Shown in pieces: positions 8,892-17,884 of a stretch of DNA of 64,000 nucleotides. The stretch covers positions 69,091 to 133,090 of IMG/VR virus record IMGVR_UViG_3300037493_005727; one strand, 5' to 3'. A model generated the notes under the pieces. It had not been told where the DNA came from and ran no database searches. It saw only the letters and a program-made list of their open reading frames with translations. The position numbers and the translations under genes are program-made. This DNA comes from a virus. Every line of letters begins with the position of its first letter. The stretch's first letter is position 1.

Positions 8892-9446
8892 TTATGTGGA
8901 AATGGTGTTCGCTGAGTAAGAGACCAGCGAGATCTTCTTGTCTGTGTCCCGTAGCTTCTTCAATACTTCGAGCTCAGAGCGGGTTGTCCCCTTGTTGAGG
9001 TGGAAAGACCGCGCTACTTGAGCGAGACCGAATGCGTCGCAGATGTCATCCTGCGCAAAATCTTGCCCCCACTTCTTGAGTACTGCTTGACGCATCTGCT
9101 CTTTTTTAGCTTGACCGTGATCTGCCACGAACTGCTTCAACGACGCAGGCGGAACGATGATGAAAGGAACGGCGGCGTCGTGGAGAACGAGCTTCACCAC
9201 TGCGCCGACTTCGCCGAGCTCGAACACCCGCCCAGCGCCAACATCGTAGGCGTAGCCCTCGAGCGCGGCGTACTTGATGTCAGGCTCTGCGGCCAAGACG
9301 TCACGCAGCGCGTCGCGAATGCAGGCCAAGCGCGGCGCCCCTGTACGCTTCCCAGGGGTCACCGTCCCGGCGTACACGACCTCTTGATTCTCTGAAACTA
9401 CTGCTACCCCGGAACTGCGCAGCGACTGGTCAATTCCAAGGTACAT
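8892..9446 (-). CDS. RuvC-like Holliday junction resolvase
   Basis: MYLGIDQSLRSSGVAVV (RuvC motif I, GID-S), YAALEGYAY, and DICDAFGLAQVA (the terminal catalytic Asp region). Confidence 0.8.
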   Translation of the reverse strand: MYLGIDQSLRSSGVAVVSENQEVVYAGTVTPGKRTGAPRLACIRDALRDVLAAEPDIKYAALEGYAYDVGAGRVFELGEVGAVVKLVLHDAAVPFIIVPPASLKQFVADHGQAKKEQMRQAVLKKWGQDFAQDDICDAFGLAQVARSFHLNKGTTRSELEVLKKLRDTDKKISLVSYSANTIST

Positions 9447-9458
9447 GCGACTCCTAGC

Positions 9459-9674
9459 TTAGGCCCAGTGCTGCTTCACGGCGAGTCGAAGATTCCCTTC
9501 AGCTTCTCGCAAAAGTTCAGCGTCCCCAAAGTCCATTGCCTCGACGTAGTGACGCGCACAGTCAGCGAGGCAACGCTGCATCAGATCTTGGCGACCTGGG
9601 TGAATGTCCGCGAGATTGCGCTCATCGTTCTGGATGTAGCGCTGCAAGACGTCCCGGCGAGAGAGCTCAGTCAT
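9459..9674 (-). CDS. hypothetical protein
   Basis: 71-aa ORF chained in the operon. Confidence 0.4.
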   Translation of the reverse strand: MTELSRRDVLQRYIQNDERNLADIHPGRQDLMQRCLADCARHYVEAMDFGDAELLREAEGNLRLAVKQHWA

Positions 9675-9879
9675 CTTTCCTCACAACGTCCCGCGGGTCC
9701 AAAAGAAGAACCTTCACCTTCCCAGGCTCGTTGCCATCAACTTCCAGCGTTGCGTTGCCGTAGACATGGAGGTCCATCGACATCGACTGAGCGAAGCTTG
9801 CCTGCTTCAGCTTGTCGCGAATGAAATCGGCGCCGATTCCGCCAAGCTCTGCCCACAAGCGCTTGCGCCACCCACTCAC
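9667..9879 (-). CDS. hypothetical protein (start uncertain)
   Basis: 70-aa ORF. It overlaps the 3' part of the 9737..10021 ORF, so one of the two boundaries is wrong, or an internal start at ~9780 is used. Confidence 0.3.
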   Translation of the reverse strand: MSGWRKRLWAELGGIGADFIRDKLKQASFAQSMSMDLHVYGNATLEVDGNEPGKVKVLLLDPRDVVRKDD

Positions 9880-10021
9880 CTGGGGTCAGCGGATCCCAGG
9901 CCGTCGCTTCGAAGAGACACTTGTCCTGGACGTGTTCGTCCGCTGTTTTCTCGCAGTGGCGACACGTCGGGACAAAGTTCTCGATGACTTCGTCGTGAAT
10001 CCTGGTTTGCTTCTGGCTCAT
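9737..10021 (-). CDS. small CxHC...KCLF-motif protein (paralog family, member 2)
   Basis: PTCRHCEKTADEHVQDKCLFEATAWD. Internal Met chosen to give an ATGA overlap with the upstream paralog at 10018-10021. The C-terminal extent is uncertain. Confidence 0.4.
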   Translation of the reverse strand: MSQKQTRIHDEVIENFVPTCRHCEKTADEHVQDKCLFEATAWDPLTPGEWVAQALVGRAWRNRRRFHSRQAEAGKLRSVDVDGPPCLRQRNAGS

Positions 10022-10221
10022 TTCTTCAGCTTCCGGGAGACGGCAAAGGTACTCGCGTCGAAAAGGCATTTCTCTTCCTCACCAACGTGGTCTCTCCGAA
10101 TCAGGTCGCAGTGCTTGCACACGGCGAACTGCTCCAATCCCTGCTTCTGCATGTAGACCGGCGTGACCCAGCCCCGCGGCTCACCGGCCAGCTTCTCATC
10201 GCTCACAGAACCTCCTTCCAA
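10018..10221 (-). CDS. small CxHC...KCLF-motif protein (paralog family, member 3)
   Basis: AVCKHCDLIRRDHVGEEEKCLFDASTFA. First gene of the operon, downstream of the iteron-rich gap. Confidence 0.5.
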   Translation of the reverse strand: MEGGSVSDEKLAGEPRGWVTPVYMQKQGLEQFAVCKHCDLIRRDHVGEEEKCLFDASTFAVSRKLKK

Positions 10222-10683
10222 GGGCCCCAGCGGGGCGGTGGGACGACGACCAGACCGGGTTGCGTGCTTGTCCTCAAAACGGGTGTTGCGCCGCCACAGC
10301 GGCCGTCACGGTCACCAGGGTTTTCCGCACGAAGCCATGGTGCCGGACGGCATGCAGACCCGTTTTCGAAGTACGAACATGTAGGCATCGACCATCGAAG
10401 CAGGTATTCAGCACTTTCAATGAGGTGTTCAGCCTTAACTCACTGATTTTCTTCATTACCTGAATACCTGAAGACCACTGAATAGAATTTAACTAAGTTG
10501 TATGTAAGAAATCGTAGCCGTGACCATATGTGTGGCTATCTGACCGCACTCCCTTCGGGACGCTGTAGCGCCTGGGAAAGTTTCCAACCTGGTATTCAGG
10601 GTGTGGTGGCGTCTTCAGGTGTTCAGCTGTTGAATCTCTACGCGGGTTTACGGCTGAACACGACACGCTCAAACCTGAACACG
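10222..10683. repeat. iteron-rich non-coding region (candidate replication origin/regulatory region)
   Basis: ~460 bp without a convincing ORF. At least 9 copies of CTGAA(T/C)AC / GTGTTCAG / GTATTCAG occur in both orientations (10401-10414, 10423-10435, 10456-10485, 10588-10601, 10615-10635, 10652-10664, 10671-10686). The region is AT-richer than its surroundings and contains a CCC-TTCG-GGG tetraloop hairpin at ~10551. It lies immediately 3' of the primase-helicase gene. Confidence 0.5.
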
Positions 10684-12618
10684 TCACTCGCCGGAGGTCA
10701 CTTTTAGAGGATCTACTGTTGCGAGAGCCTCTTCTAGTTTTTTATCGATGTTATCGGGCTTAGGTGAAGGAACAATGGCGAGGTCCGGGCGATTCTGCAT
10801 GCCAGGGCTAATCCATAGATTACCTTCTTCGGTGTGTTTCTTGACGTAACCACACACTTTAAGGGCGTACGCCATACGCGCTTGTTGTCCTCTGTCGTGA
10901 CAGTCCTTCCCTGTCAAACCGGCAACGGCTTCGAGGAGCTCGTGGATTCGCAGGGCGTCAGTGTTCTTCGCCGCGGCGTGTAGCCCCTGCTTGGCCACCT
11001 TCTTGTCGGTGATGGCGTTACGTAGCCACGCCTTCAAGGGCTCGACGTAGGGCTCGGTCTCGGTGAACTGTTCGTTGAACTTCGCCCTAAACTTGTCCTG
11101 CTCCACGCTCAGCCACCAACGATGCGTCGTGCACCGAGTCTCCCCATCCACCGCCATCTTGCAATCAGCGCACGTCGCCGCAGCGTTGTAGAGAGCCATG
11201 GCCTGCGCCCACAGCTGCGACTTGATCGACTCTACGTAGAGGATGTTGGTCTTTTGAGTCTCGTCCTCCACGACAATGATCCAAAAGCGTCGAGATCCCG
11301 TCGCATCCTTGAGAAACGTATCGTCGTTCGTGGAGCCCACGAAGATGCACCACCGAGGGTTCTTCGTCATCGCTTTCCCATAGGGAAGACGAAGGTCATC
11401 ACTCCGGTCCGTGATCTCACCTTTGACCTGATGGACCTCCTTCTTGTGCATGGCGCTGAGCTCAGCGATCTCTATCCACGTGTTCTGGATGAACGCCATG
11501 CGAGAGTCCTTCGAACCGAACTCGATGTGCGTCGCTGAGAAGCGGCCCGCTGGGGCGAGGGCACGAAACAGCGAGGACTTCTTGGTGCCTTGTGCTGATT
11601 TCAGCACGAGCATCGTGTCCATCTGACAACCTGGGTCGAAAGTGCGTGCGACCGTTCCGATCAGGGTCTTCGTGAGCTGCGTGAGCGCTAACGCGTTCGT
11701 CTGCTGCGTCCACTCCAACGTTTTTCCATCGAGACCCGTCTCCTCTTTCCACCCGCCAATGGCCTTCAGCAGAGGAAGCATGTAGTCGTTGCCATCCCAC
11801 GCGGGGAGTTGGTTGAACCACTCTCGCGCCGGGTGAAACTTGTTCTTGCGGGCGATAGCTTCAATGGCTTGCTGCACGTAGGCCTCGCTTGGAACGAAGC
11901 GGCGCATGCCGCGACGTCCCGGTGTGGGGACGGCGTAGGTCCGAGCAATGGACATACGGATATCACTCGTCGTGACTGCGTCTTCAGCGCGAACTCGATT
12001 GACTGTGATGCAGCAGTCCATCTCGTTCCACTCGAGTTTTCCTCCGACGAGTTCGGGGTCCAGCAGAATCAATGTGACCAAGCAGTAGTAATCGTCAGTG
12101 AGATCCCCGTTCTCCATGCAGGACCCGAACGTCTTACTCTTCACCCAACGAGCCAGCGAGTCGATGCCTACCGGCTCACCGCCACGATGCATGCCCAGCT
12201 TTCGCAGCAGCGCGAACTCAACGTCCGCAGCAGAGGCGGCATCGAAGATGCTGTCGCACAAAGGCTCGAGGAGGAGCTGCCCCTGCGTGAGGACGCCAGC
12301 GTAGTGGGCCTTGAAGTCAACCTTCGCCTTCGCGAGGAGTACGGGATCTTTACCCGCAAAAAACTTGAGGACCCCGGCAAGCTTCTCCAAAACTGGAGGT
12401 TGCGCGGGGTCCGGTGGGGGAAATGTTTTGGGGCCGCTGGGAGGAAGCCCTGAGGCTTGTCTCGCTGCTGCTGCCGATGCAATCTTGTCTGCTTCTACTT
12501 CCAACATCCATTGTGTCTTTTCCCCCTTCGACACTATGAATGCTTCGCTGTGGAATGTTGTTGAGACCAACATCTCCCGCAACTCTGCTGGACTCGGAAC
12601 CGGCATCCCGTCCCCCAA
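10684..12618 (-). CDS. primase C-terminal/D5-like SF3 helicase (VirE / P4-alpha-like replicative helicase)
   Basis: 644 aa. IFVGSTNDDTFLKDATGSRRFWIIVVED matches the VirE/D5 C-terminal motif (...RRFW.I.V). There is a Walker-type NTPase region upstream, and the gene sits directly after the Prim-Pol gene. Confidence 0.75.
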   Translation of the reverse strand: MGDGMPVPSPAELREMLVSTTFHSEAFIVSKGEKTQWMLEVEADKIASAAAARQASGLPPSGPKTFPPPDPAQPPVLEKLAGVLKFFAGKDPVLLAKAKVDFKAHYAGVLTQGQLLLEPLCDSIFDAASAADVEFALLRKLGMHRGGEPVGIDSLARWVKSKTFGSCMENGDLTDDYYCLVTLILLDPELVGGKLEWNEMDCCITVNRVRAEDAVTTSDIRMSIARTYAVPTPGRRGMRRFVPSEAYVQQAIEAIARKNKFHPAREWFNQLPAWDGNDYMLPLLKAIGGWKEETGLDGKTLEWTQQTNALALTQLTKTLIGTVARTFDPGCQMDTMLVLKSAQGTKKSSLFRALAPAGRFSATHIEFGSKDSRMAFIQNTWIEIAELSAMHKKEVHQVKGEITDRSDDLRLPYGKAMTKNPRWCIFVGSTNDDTFLKDATGSRRFWIIVVEDETQKTNILYVESIKSQLWAQAMALYNAAATCADCKMAVDGETRCTTHRWWLSVEQDKFRAKFNEQFTETEPYVEPLKAWLRNAITDKKVAKQGLHAAAKNTDALRIHELLEAVAGLTGKDCHDRGQQARMAYALKVCGYVKKHTEEGNLWISPGMQNRPDLAIVPSPKPDNIDKKLEEALATVDPLKVTSGE

Positions 12619-12745
12619 AAAAGAAAGACAACCCCCCCGGGCGGCACTGACATGCCACCACGGGGGTCCACCGGAAGCGGCAGAAGGTTTGGAAGTGTAG
12701 ACAGTGTCAGCTGTCCGCGGGGCGTCGCTTTAGCAGAAAAGCGCC

Positions 12746-13771
12746 CTACCGTCTAGGTATTCTGCTCCACCACGCCAACCTCGCGGAGTGCAACAGGTTC
12801 TTCGCGTCGGTCGGGTACACGTAGTCTGGGGGCATCCCCGAACGAACCATGTGCTCGAACGACATCGGCCCGTAAGTGGCCGCCACTGTTATGGAGTCCG
12901 TGAAGACCCGGTCGGTCTCCCCCGGCTTGTACCCGGAATACTCCGAGGAGATTTCGTGGAAGGCCTCACGGGCAATATCCATGAGATCAGGATGGCCGAG
13001 ACACGCACAAGCGAGATTGGTTGCGAACCCTCGCCACGTCTCGCGATCAACTTCGTCAGGGTTCTCCCGCATCCACTGAGTCATCTGGCACTCTTTGGAC
13101 AGCATGTCCTCGAGCAGGAACTTGGCCTCAGCCTTCGGCGTGCCCGCTGAATGCAATCCTTGCTTCTCCTCGAGGTTCCCCGCGGGGCTCTTGCGGGGTG
13201 GCTGCTTGACGAGCTTCAGCAGCCAGTCGGGCGCCACAGCCAGCTCTGCATCGGCTGGCCCGTTCTGCCAGTTGTAGCGTCGTCCGCTCTTGTGGAGTGA
13301 ACCGGCGCCCACGACGTAACCCCCATCTCCTCGCGTATCAAGCCCCGCACCCAGAGCACCGGCGGTGTTGCGGTAGTCGGGGCCAGGGAACTGGAAGTAG
13401 AAGTGAAGTCCTCCGGAGCCGGTACGAACTGAGAGAGTCTTCGGAAGCGGTGCATTCTTCTGCTCCAATTCTGCGAGGGTCTCGACGCCGCCATTCTTCG
13501 GGTCAACGTCGAGCACCCAGATGCCTGAGCGAATGCCCGTCGCAATGCCGAACCCGTCGTTGGGCCACTTCTCCCACATGGCAGGCGTCCCGGCTTCCTT
13601 CGACCAGGCGATACGAGGGTGCTTCCCCATGTTGGGGCACGTCTCGTCTTGACAGTCGCACCGAGGGGTCTCTGTACCCATCCCCAAGATCTGGCGAATG
13701 GGGAAGATGTGGTACTTCAGCTTCTCGATGTAGTACGTCGCAACACCGACTCCGAAGGGGACGCTCATCAC
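12746..13771 (-). CDS. bifunctional DNA primase/polymerase (Prim-Pol, AEP family)
   Basis: GKHPRIAW, GIATGIRSGIWVLDVDPKNGG, TGSGGLHFYF and GDGGYVVGAGSLHKSGRRYNW follow the Prim-Pol N-terminal domain pattern (catalytic DxD, SGG-H-YF, and the G-D-RG-GGYVV-P-S-H-G-Y-W motif). Confidence 0.8.
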   Translation of the reverse strand: MMSVPFGVGVATYYIEKLKYHIFPIRQILGMGTETPRCDCQDETCPNMGKHPRIAWSKEAGTPAMWEKWPNDGFGIATGIRSGIWVLDVDPKNGGVETLAELEQKNAPLPKTLSVRTGSGGLHFYFQFPGPDYRNTAGALGAGLDTRGDGGYVVGAGSLHKSGRRYNWQNGPADAELAVAPDWLLKLVKQPPRKSPAGNLEEKQGLHSAGTPKAEAKFLLEDMLSKECQMTQWMRENPDEVDRETWRGFATNLACACLGHPDLMDIAREAFHEISSEYSGYKPGETDRVFTDSITVAATYGPMSFEHMVRSGMPPDYVYPTDAKNLLHSARLAWWSRIPRR

Positions 13772-14031
13772 TTCCCCACGAGGTCCTGCGTTGCGAGTCG
13801 CGTCATCTTCGTCGCCCAGCTCCCCAGGATCATCTCCGCCTTGTCGAAGGCGCGATTCTCGCTGGGGTTGTCGATGAGCTCACACACCAGCACGGCGTGC
13901 ATGAACGCTGTCTGCTCGCGTGAGAGCGCGTGCATCTCTCTGATGATGTCTCGGAGCTTGGCGTTCTGCTCTCGCAGGGCCTTCTCCACGTAGAACGACT
14001 CAGGCTTCTTACGGTTGATCTTCAGACCCAT
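13768..14031 (-). CDS. hypothetical protein (internal-Met start)
   Basis: The track ORF 13768..14169 has an Arg-rich N-terminus. The Met at 14031 gives a compact 87-aa protein. Confidence 0.35.
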   Translation of the reverse strand: MGLKINRKKPESFYVEKALREQNAKLRDIIREMHALSREQTAFMHAVLVCELIDNPSENRAFDKAEMILGSWATKMTRLATQDLVGK

Positions 14032-14215
14032 TTGTTCTCCCTTTCCAAACTTGAAACTTCTTCTCCTCAGCGTCGAGCTCTGGGGAGTTCCGATCTTCCC
14101 ACCGCACCGCCACAGCTTGGCAGTTCTCACAGCCGTAGGGCCCGCTCTGCATCTCCCCGACTCCGACATCGACCATGTCGCACACCATCTCGCACGAGCA
14201 GTAGGGGCACTTCAT
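14009..14215 (-). CDS. small zinc-ribbon protein (internal-Met start)
   Basis: MKCPYCSCEM...YGCENCQAV. Start chosen to remove the Arg-rich leader and to give an ATGA overlap at 14212-14215. Confidence 0.4.
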   Translation of the reverse strand: MKCPYCSCEMVCDMVDVGVGEMQSGPYGCENCQAVAVRWEDRNSPELDAEEKKFQVWKGRTNGSEDQP

Positions 14216-14466
14216 GTTCGTTTGTTCCGCGTGATGTTCCAGGCCGCGAAGACAACGTCGTCGTTGTCGTAGACGTGGAAGCCGTGGTGCTCCGTGAAGA
14301 CCATGAGGTACCCGCGCCATCGAACCGCAAAGGCGCTGTCCCAGCAGAAGTGAGACCCGTCTTCGTGCTGCAGTACGGTGTACCCCCGAAGCCGCGGATC
14401 ATCTGCCCGCAGCTTCTCGTCCCTCTTCTTCGCTTCAGTCATTGCTGCGCTGTACCGAGGTTTCAT
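14212..14466 (-). CDS. hypothetical protein (internal-Met start)
   Basis: MKPRYSAAMTEAKKRDEKLRADDPRLRGYTVLQHEDGSHFCWD.... ATGA chaining at both ends. Confidence 0.4.
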   Translation of the reverse strand: MKPRYSAAMTEAKKRDEKLRADDPRLRGYTVLQHEDGSHFCWDSAFAVRWRGYLMVFTEHHGFHVYDNDDVVFAAWNITRNKRT

Positions 14467-14726
14467 GGTTTCTCTTTTCCCAGCATCTGTTGGAGCTTCT
14501 CTTCTGCCTTTGCTTGGTCCGGTTCCTTGATGAAGTCCGCGAACTCTTTCTCCGCCGCCGCGTACTTCTTCTCTCGTTCGATGAGCGCGGCATCCTGCTG
14601 CCCCACGGCCATCTCTTCGTACCTCTTGCTCCCGAACGTTCCGTCGAACTCCATCTTCAGTAGCCCACGAACTGCTCTGGTGAGCCACTCGATTCGATCT
14701 TCACGGAGCTTCTCTCGTCCAGTCAT
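14463..14726 (-). CDS. hypothetical protein (internal-Met start)
   Basis: MTGREKLREDRIEWLTRAVRGLL.... ATGA chaining. Confidence 0.4.
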   Translation of the reverse strand: MTGREKLREDRIEWLTRAVRGLLKMEFDGTFGSKRYEEMAVGQQDAALIEREKKYAAAEKEFADFIKEPDQAKAEEKLQQMLGKEKP

Positions 14727-15025
14727 TTCTTGTTTCTCCGTAGCAGCAGGTCCAACTTCGAGTTGACCTGAAGCAGCAGCTTTCCCTGGTAGTCCCACTG
14801 CAACTCGTGCACGCCCAGTACGTTCGCACACGAGTCACAGAACCACTTGTCGACGCCTGGGCCTCGATGGGACATGTCGTACTTAGTCAGCTCTCGTTTG
14901 AGCTCACAGCCGTTGCATTCCCCTTTCACGGCAACCTCGTCAGCACGGCCTCTGGATGCCGAGGCCGCGTCGTGTAGCCGATGAGCTCGAACACCCAGTG
15001 GTCTCCACCTGGATCTCCGTTGCAC
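14723..15025 (-). CDS. small Cys-pair protein, paralog of 18729..18950 (start uncertain)
   Basis: ECNGCE...WFCDSCANVLGVHELQWDYQGKLLLQVNSKLDLLLRRNKK versus ARCEACD...KLCSTCADTVSLGFLRNDSLGKVLLQINSKLDVLSRQKKEK. The true start is probably internal. Confidence 0.4.
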   Translation of the reverse strand: MQRRSRWRPLGVRAHRLHDAASASRGRADEVAVKGECNGCELKRELTKYDMSHRGPGVDKWFCDSCANVLGVHELQWDYQGKLLLQVNSKLDLLLRRNKK

Positions 15026-15462
15026 TCTTGCTTCGCATGCTTCTCTGCTTCTTCTCTCGTGTTGAAGGACTCCCCGACGTACTTGTCGTGGGCCCGCATC
15101 ACCATGAACCGCTTCTCTGGAATCACCGTTTTCCCCTCCCGTGCTGGAATTCTTTCTCGCTTCAACGCCGTCTCTGCCTCAAGGAGGCGCTGTTTCACTT
15201 CTCGAGCGCAGGCAGCCACGTCGCCTCCTGTGCCGTAGATGTCGAACTCCTCGAGCGTCTGGTAGGCGCTCTTCAGTTCGGCCTCCAGCTCCTTGACTCG
15301 CCTCTCGAGGATCTGGACCTCGACCCACAGAGTGTGTCGCGCCGCCTTCTCTCCTTGAAGGTCCCGAATGACAGCCAGCGCCTCGTCGCGCTCCGCCACC
15401 ACCTTCTCGGCGAACACCGACCAGTTACCCTCGTTGGGCCCCTTGAGGTGCGAGCTCATTGG
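14926..15462 (-). CDS. hypothetical protein (coiled-coil-like; internal-Met start)
   Basis: MSSHLKGPNEGNW...VEVQILERRVKELEAELKSAYQTLEEF. Start at 15462 abuts the upstream gene's stop. Confidence 0.4.
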   Translation of the reverse strand, partial: PMSSHLKGPNEGNWSVFAEKVVAERDEALAVIRDLQGEKAARHTLWVEVQILERRVKELEAELKSAYQTLEEFDIYGTGGDVAACAREVKQRLLEAETALKRERIPAREGKTVIPEKRFMVMRAHDKYVGESFNTREEAEKHAKQECNGDPGGDHWVFELIGYTTRPRHPEAVLTRLP

Positions 15463-15779
15463 CCCTCCAGACCGGGCAGCTGGTCCTGGCGGTGCTTGAC
15501 GCACACAGGACACGTGCAGGCAGCCCCACCGAAGTACCGTCGTCCATGTGCTGCATGCTCTTCGACTTCGTTGACCGTCTTACCGTACTTGCGAGGCAGC
15601 CCCGCCAGCACGCGCCACACATCGGTGGCGAGGGGCCGTCGAGGGTCGTACCAGTTGTCCCGGTCCCCCGTGAAGTTGTGCAGCTCCGGGATGTCGGGAC
15701 TCTGGTCCGATGCTGCCATCGCCTTCTGAACTTCGCGCAAGACGTCAAGCACGTCGTCCGCGTCCGTTTTGTTGCTCAT
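15456..15779 (-). CDS. hypothetical protein
   Basis: 107-aa ORF. Confidence 0.45.
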   Translation of the reverse strand: MSNKTDADDVLDVLREVQKAMAASDQSPDIPELHNFTGDRDNWYDPRRPLATDVWRVLAGLPRKYGKTVNEVEEHAAHGRRYFGGAACTCPVCVKHRQDQLPGLEGQ

Positions 15780-16591
15780 GGTTTTTCCTCTTTAACCCAC
15801 CAGGGTGTTTCAACTCCGCGTCCCGAGCAGTACAGAGAGATCTTCTCCTTCTGCACGGCAGTCACGTTGTCGTAGTCCTTCGGGAAGATGTGGTGTTCCC
15901 CGTCGCGTTCCTGCAGCTTCACCCACCCGATGGGATCCGTGTCCAGATCTAAACCCCACATCAGCTGATTGTGCCCTCCGTACGCACATGAGTAGAACTT
16001 CCCTTCAGGCGACAACCAGCCGTTGCTGCCGGTGATCGTGTCAGAGGGAACAGGCGCTACCTTCTTTGGCTCAGGCGCCTCGATGCTCCCGAGAACGATG
16101 CTCTCCGTGCGGCGATTCCACTCCGACTGTCTGTAGAGAGGTTCTTTGTCGCCAGGCTCTCCGCTACCTTCCCAGTCGTATCCTTTGATCAGGGTCGGAG
16201 GACCGCCGAAACGTTTCTCCGTCTTACGCTGAGGAACGTGACGCAGCCCCGTAGGTGATGCGACGCCAACGGTGTTACCGGCGATCATCTGGAACGCATC
16301 GTCACGCTCATCCTGCGCCACGTCTCGTTCTTCGCGGAGCTTACTGAGTACATCTTTGAGCGTCTGCATCGGCACGTTGTCTTCTTCCAGCGTGACCCCG
16401 ATCTTGCTGTCACCGACCAGCTTGGCCCGCCCCTCGAGAATGTCGAGCATGGCCGACTGAGGAAGCCCCTCCATGCACTCGAGCAGCTCCATCGCTCGCT
16501 TGTGCTCCCCCTCTTCAGCCCAGAAGGCCCGCGCCTGCCTGGTGATGAACTCTCCGGTGATGACGAACTGAACCATCTCAACAGAGCTCAT
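15776..16591 (-). CDS. hypothetical protein
   Basis: 271-aa ORF with ATGA chaining. Confidence 0.5.
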   Translation of the reverse strand: MSSVEMVQFVITGEFITRQARAFWAEEGEHKRAMELLECMEGLPQSAMLDILEGRAKLVGDSKIGVTLEEDNVPMQTLKDVLSKLREERDVAQDERDDAFQMIAGNTVGVASPTGLRHVPQRKTEKRFGGPPTLIKGYDWEGSGEPGDKEPLYRQSEWNRRTESIVLGSIEAPEPKKVAPVPSDTITGSNGWLSPEGKFYSCAYGGHNQLMWGLDLDTDPIGWVKLQERDGEHHIFPKDYDNVTAVQKEKISLYCSGRGVETPWWVKEEKP

Positions 16592-17076
16592 CGTAACGCC
16601 TCCGCAACTCGATCACGTACGACGTTGTAAAACCGCAGCGCTTCGTGCTCTCGTCCTTCTAGGACCAGGCGTTCGACTCGAACCTCCTCGGACAATTCGG
16701 TCCCGTCGAAACGATTGACCTTCGCACTACTGCAGGCCAACTGTGCCCGCCGCCAGTTCCGTTCCGCGAACCCAAGCAGCTCATTCAGCGCGGTGGTCAG
16801 CTTCTCCACCTTCCCACTGTTCAGGTACGGATTACGGTGCCACCCCGTAGGGCACGAAGCTCCCCCACCATCCGTCCAGCTGAGGGCAGGGAGTCCTTCC
16901 CGCTTGAGCTCCTCATCTATGCGCGAGATGAGCCAGGCTTCGGTGAGGACGGCGTTCTTGTTCGCTGCTTCCAGAGCTTCTACCGTTGCCCGCAGCCTCT
17001 CTGCGGAAACGCGAGTGTCGTGCTTCCACGAAGCAGGGAGCTCCGCAGAAGTGAACGGCGCAGGTGCGTCGCTCAT
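16588..17076 (-). CDS. hypothetical protein (internal-Met start)
   Basis: MSDAPAPFTSAELPASWKHDTRV.... The Arg/Leu-rich N-terminal extension of the track ORF is rejected. ATGA at 17073-17076. Confidence 0.4.
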   Translation of the reverse strand: MSDAPAPFTSAELPASWKHDTRVSAERLRATVEALEAANKNAVLTEAWLISRIDEELKREGLPALSWTDGGGASCPTGWHRNPYLNSGKVEKLTTALNELLGFAERNWRRAQLACSSAKVNRFDGTELSEEVRVERLVLEGREHEALRFYNVVRDRVAEALR

Positions 17077-17597
17077 TGGCACTCCGGACACGGCCGATAG
17101 CCAGCACGACCCTCGTGGTCTTCGAGGATCTTCCGCGTGTTGTTGCAGGAGTTGCAGTAGGCACGAACCGGCTCGCGTCCAGGGTTGAGCCGCTCCCACT
17201 CTTCCTCAGTGATTTCAACGTTCGCCCCGTTGCGGCGTACGAAGATCCCCGAACCAACTTCCTGATGCGTCTGGGGGTTCTTGAACCAGCCTGAGATAGC
17301 CGCCATCCACAGCGCTCGGCAGTCCTTGCAGACCCGAAGCGTGTAGAATGAGCGAACACCGAGGGGCTGGTCCGTGGTCACCTCGCCAGACCCGATGTTG
17401 ATCGTCTGCCCGTTGCTGAGGTTGATGGAAGGGGCAGGCTTGTGCAGCTTGAGGTGCTCCGCCTCTCCCTCGAGCAAAGACTTCCTTGTGAAGGGCAGGC
17501 CGAGCTCCTGCATCTCGTAGAAGCACGCCATCCACAGTGTTCGGCGATCTTCTCCCACTTCGCCGCAGCGTTGGCACAGCTCTCCGTGTTCGCTCAT
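17073..17597 (-). CDS. hypothetical zinc-binding protein (internal-Met start)
   Basis: MSEHGELCQRCGEV...CKDCRALW...YCNSCNN...CPECQ, i.e. four CxxC pairs. Confidence 0.45.
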   Translation of the reverse strand: MSEHGELCQRCGEVGEDRRTLWMACFYEMQELGLPFTRKSLLEGEAEHLKLHKPAPSINLSNGQTINIGSGEVTTDQPLGVRSFYTLRVCKDCRALWMAAISGWFKNPQTHQEVGSGIFVRRNGANVEITEEEWERLNPGREPVRAYCNSCNNTRKILEDHEGRAGYRPCPECQ

Positions 17598-17884
17598 TTC
17601 TTCTTCTCCTTGCGCAGTTGAAAGATGTAGTGACCTCCTCGTCGCGACTGAAGCCAGCAGAGGGCCCAGAACACGTAGTTCTTCTCGAGGGCCCCGATGA
17701 TCGACTCGTTGCCGCTCCAGCCCGCCGTCGAGACCCAATACTTCGAACCACGCTGACGCCAGTACCCTGCGTCGGCGTAGGCCCAACGTTTCTGTACGTA
17801 TTCGAGCAGCCCCACCAGGTCAGTGTGAGGCCACGCCCGAATCTTCTTGAGCTCGGCGCTCGTGGGGTAGCCCTCGGAGTTCAT
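17594..17884 (-). CDS. hypothetical protein (internal-Met start)
   Basis: MNSEGYPTSAELKKIRAW.... Trp/Tyr-rich. Confidence 0.4.
   Translation of the reverse strand: MNSEGYPTSAELKKIRAWPHTDLVGLLEYVQKRWAYADAGYWRQRGSKYWVSTAGWSGNESIIGALEKNYVFWALCWLQSRRGGHYIFQLRKEKKK

Noticed and set aside
10260-10463. Short ORFs (60-69 aa) on both strands within the iteron-rich gap
   Set aside because: No RBS, overlapping each other, and composed of the repeated 8-mers. The region is more plausibly non-coding.
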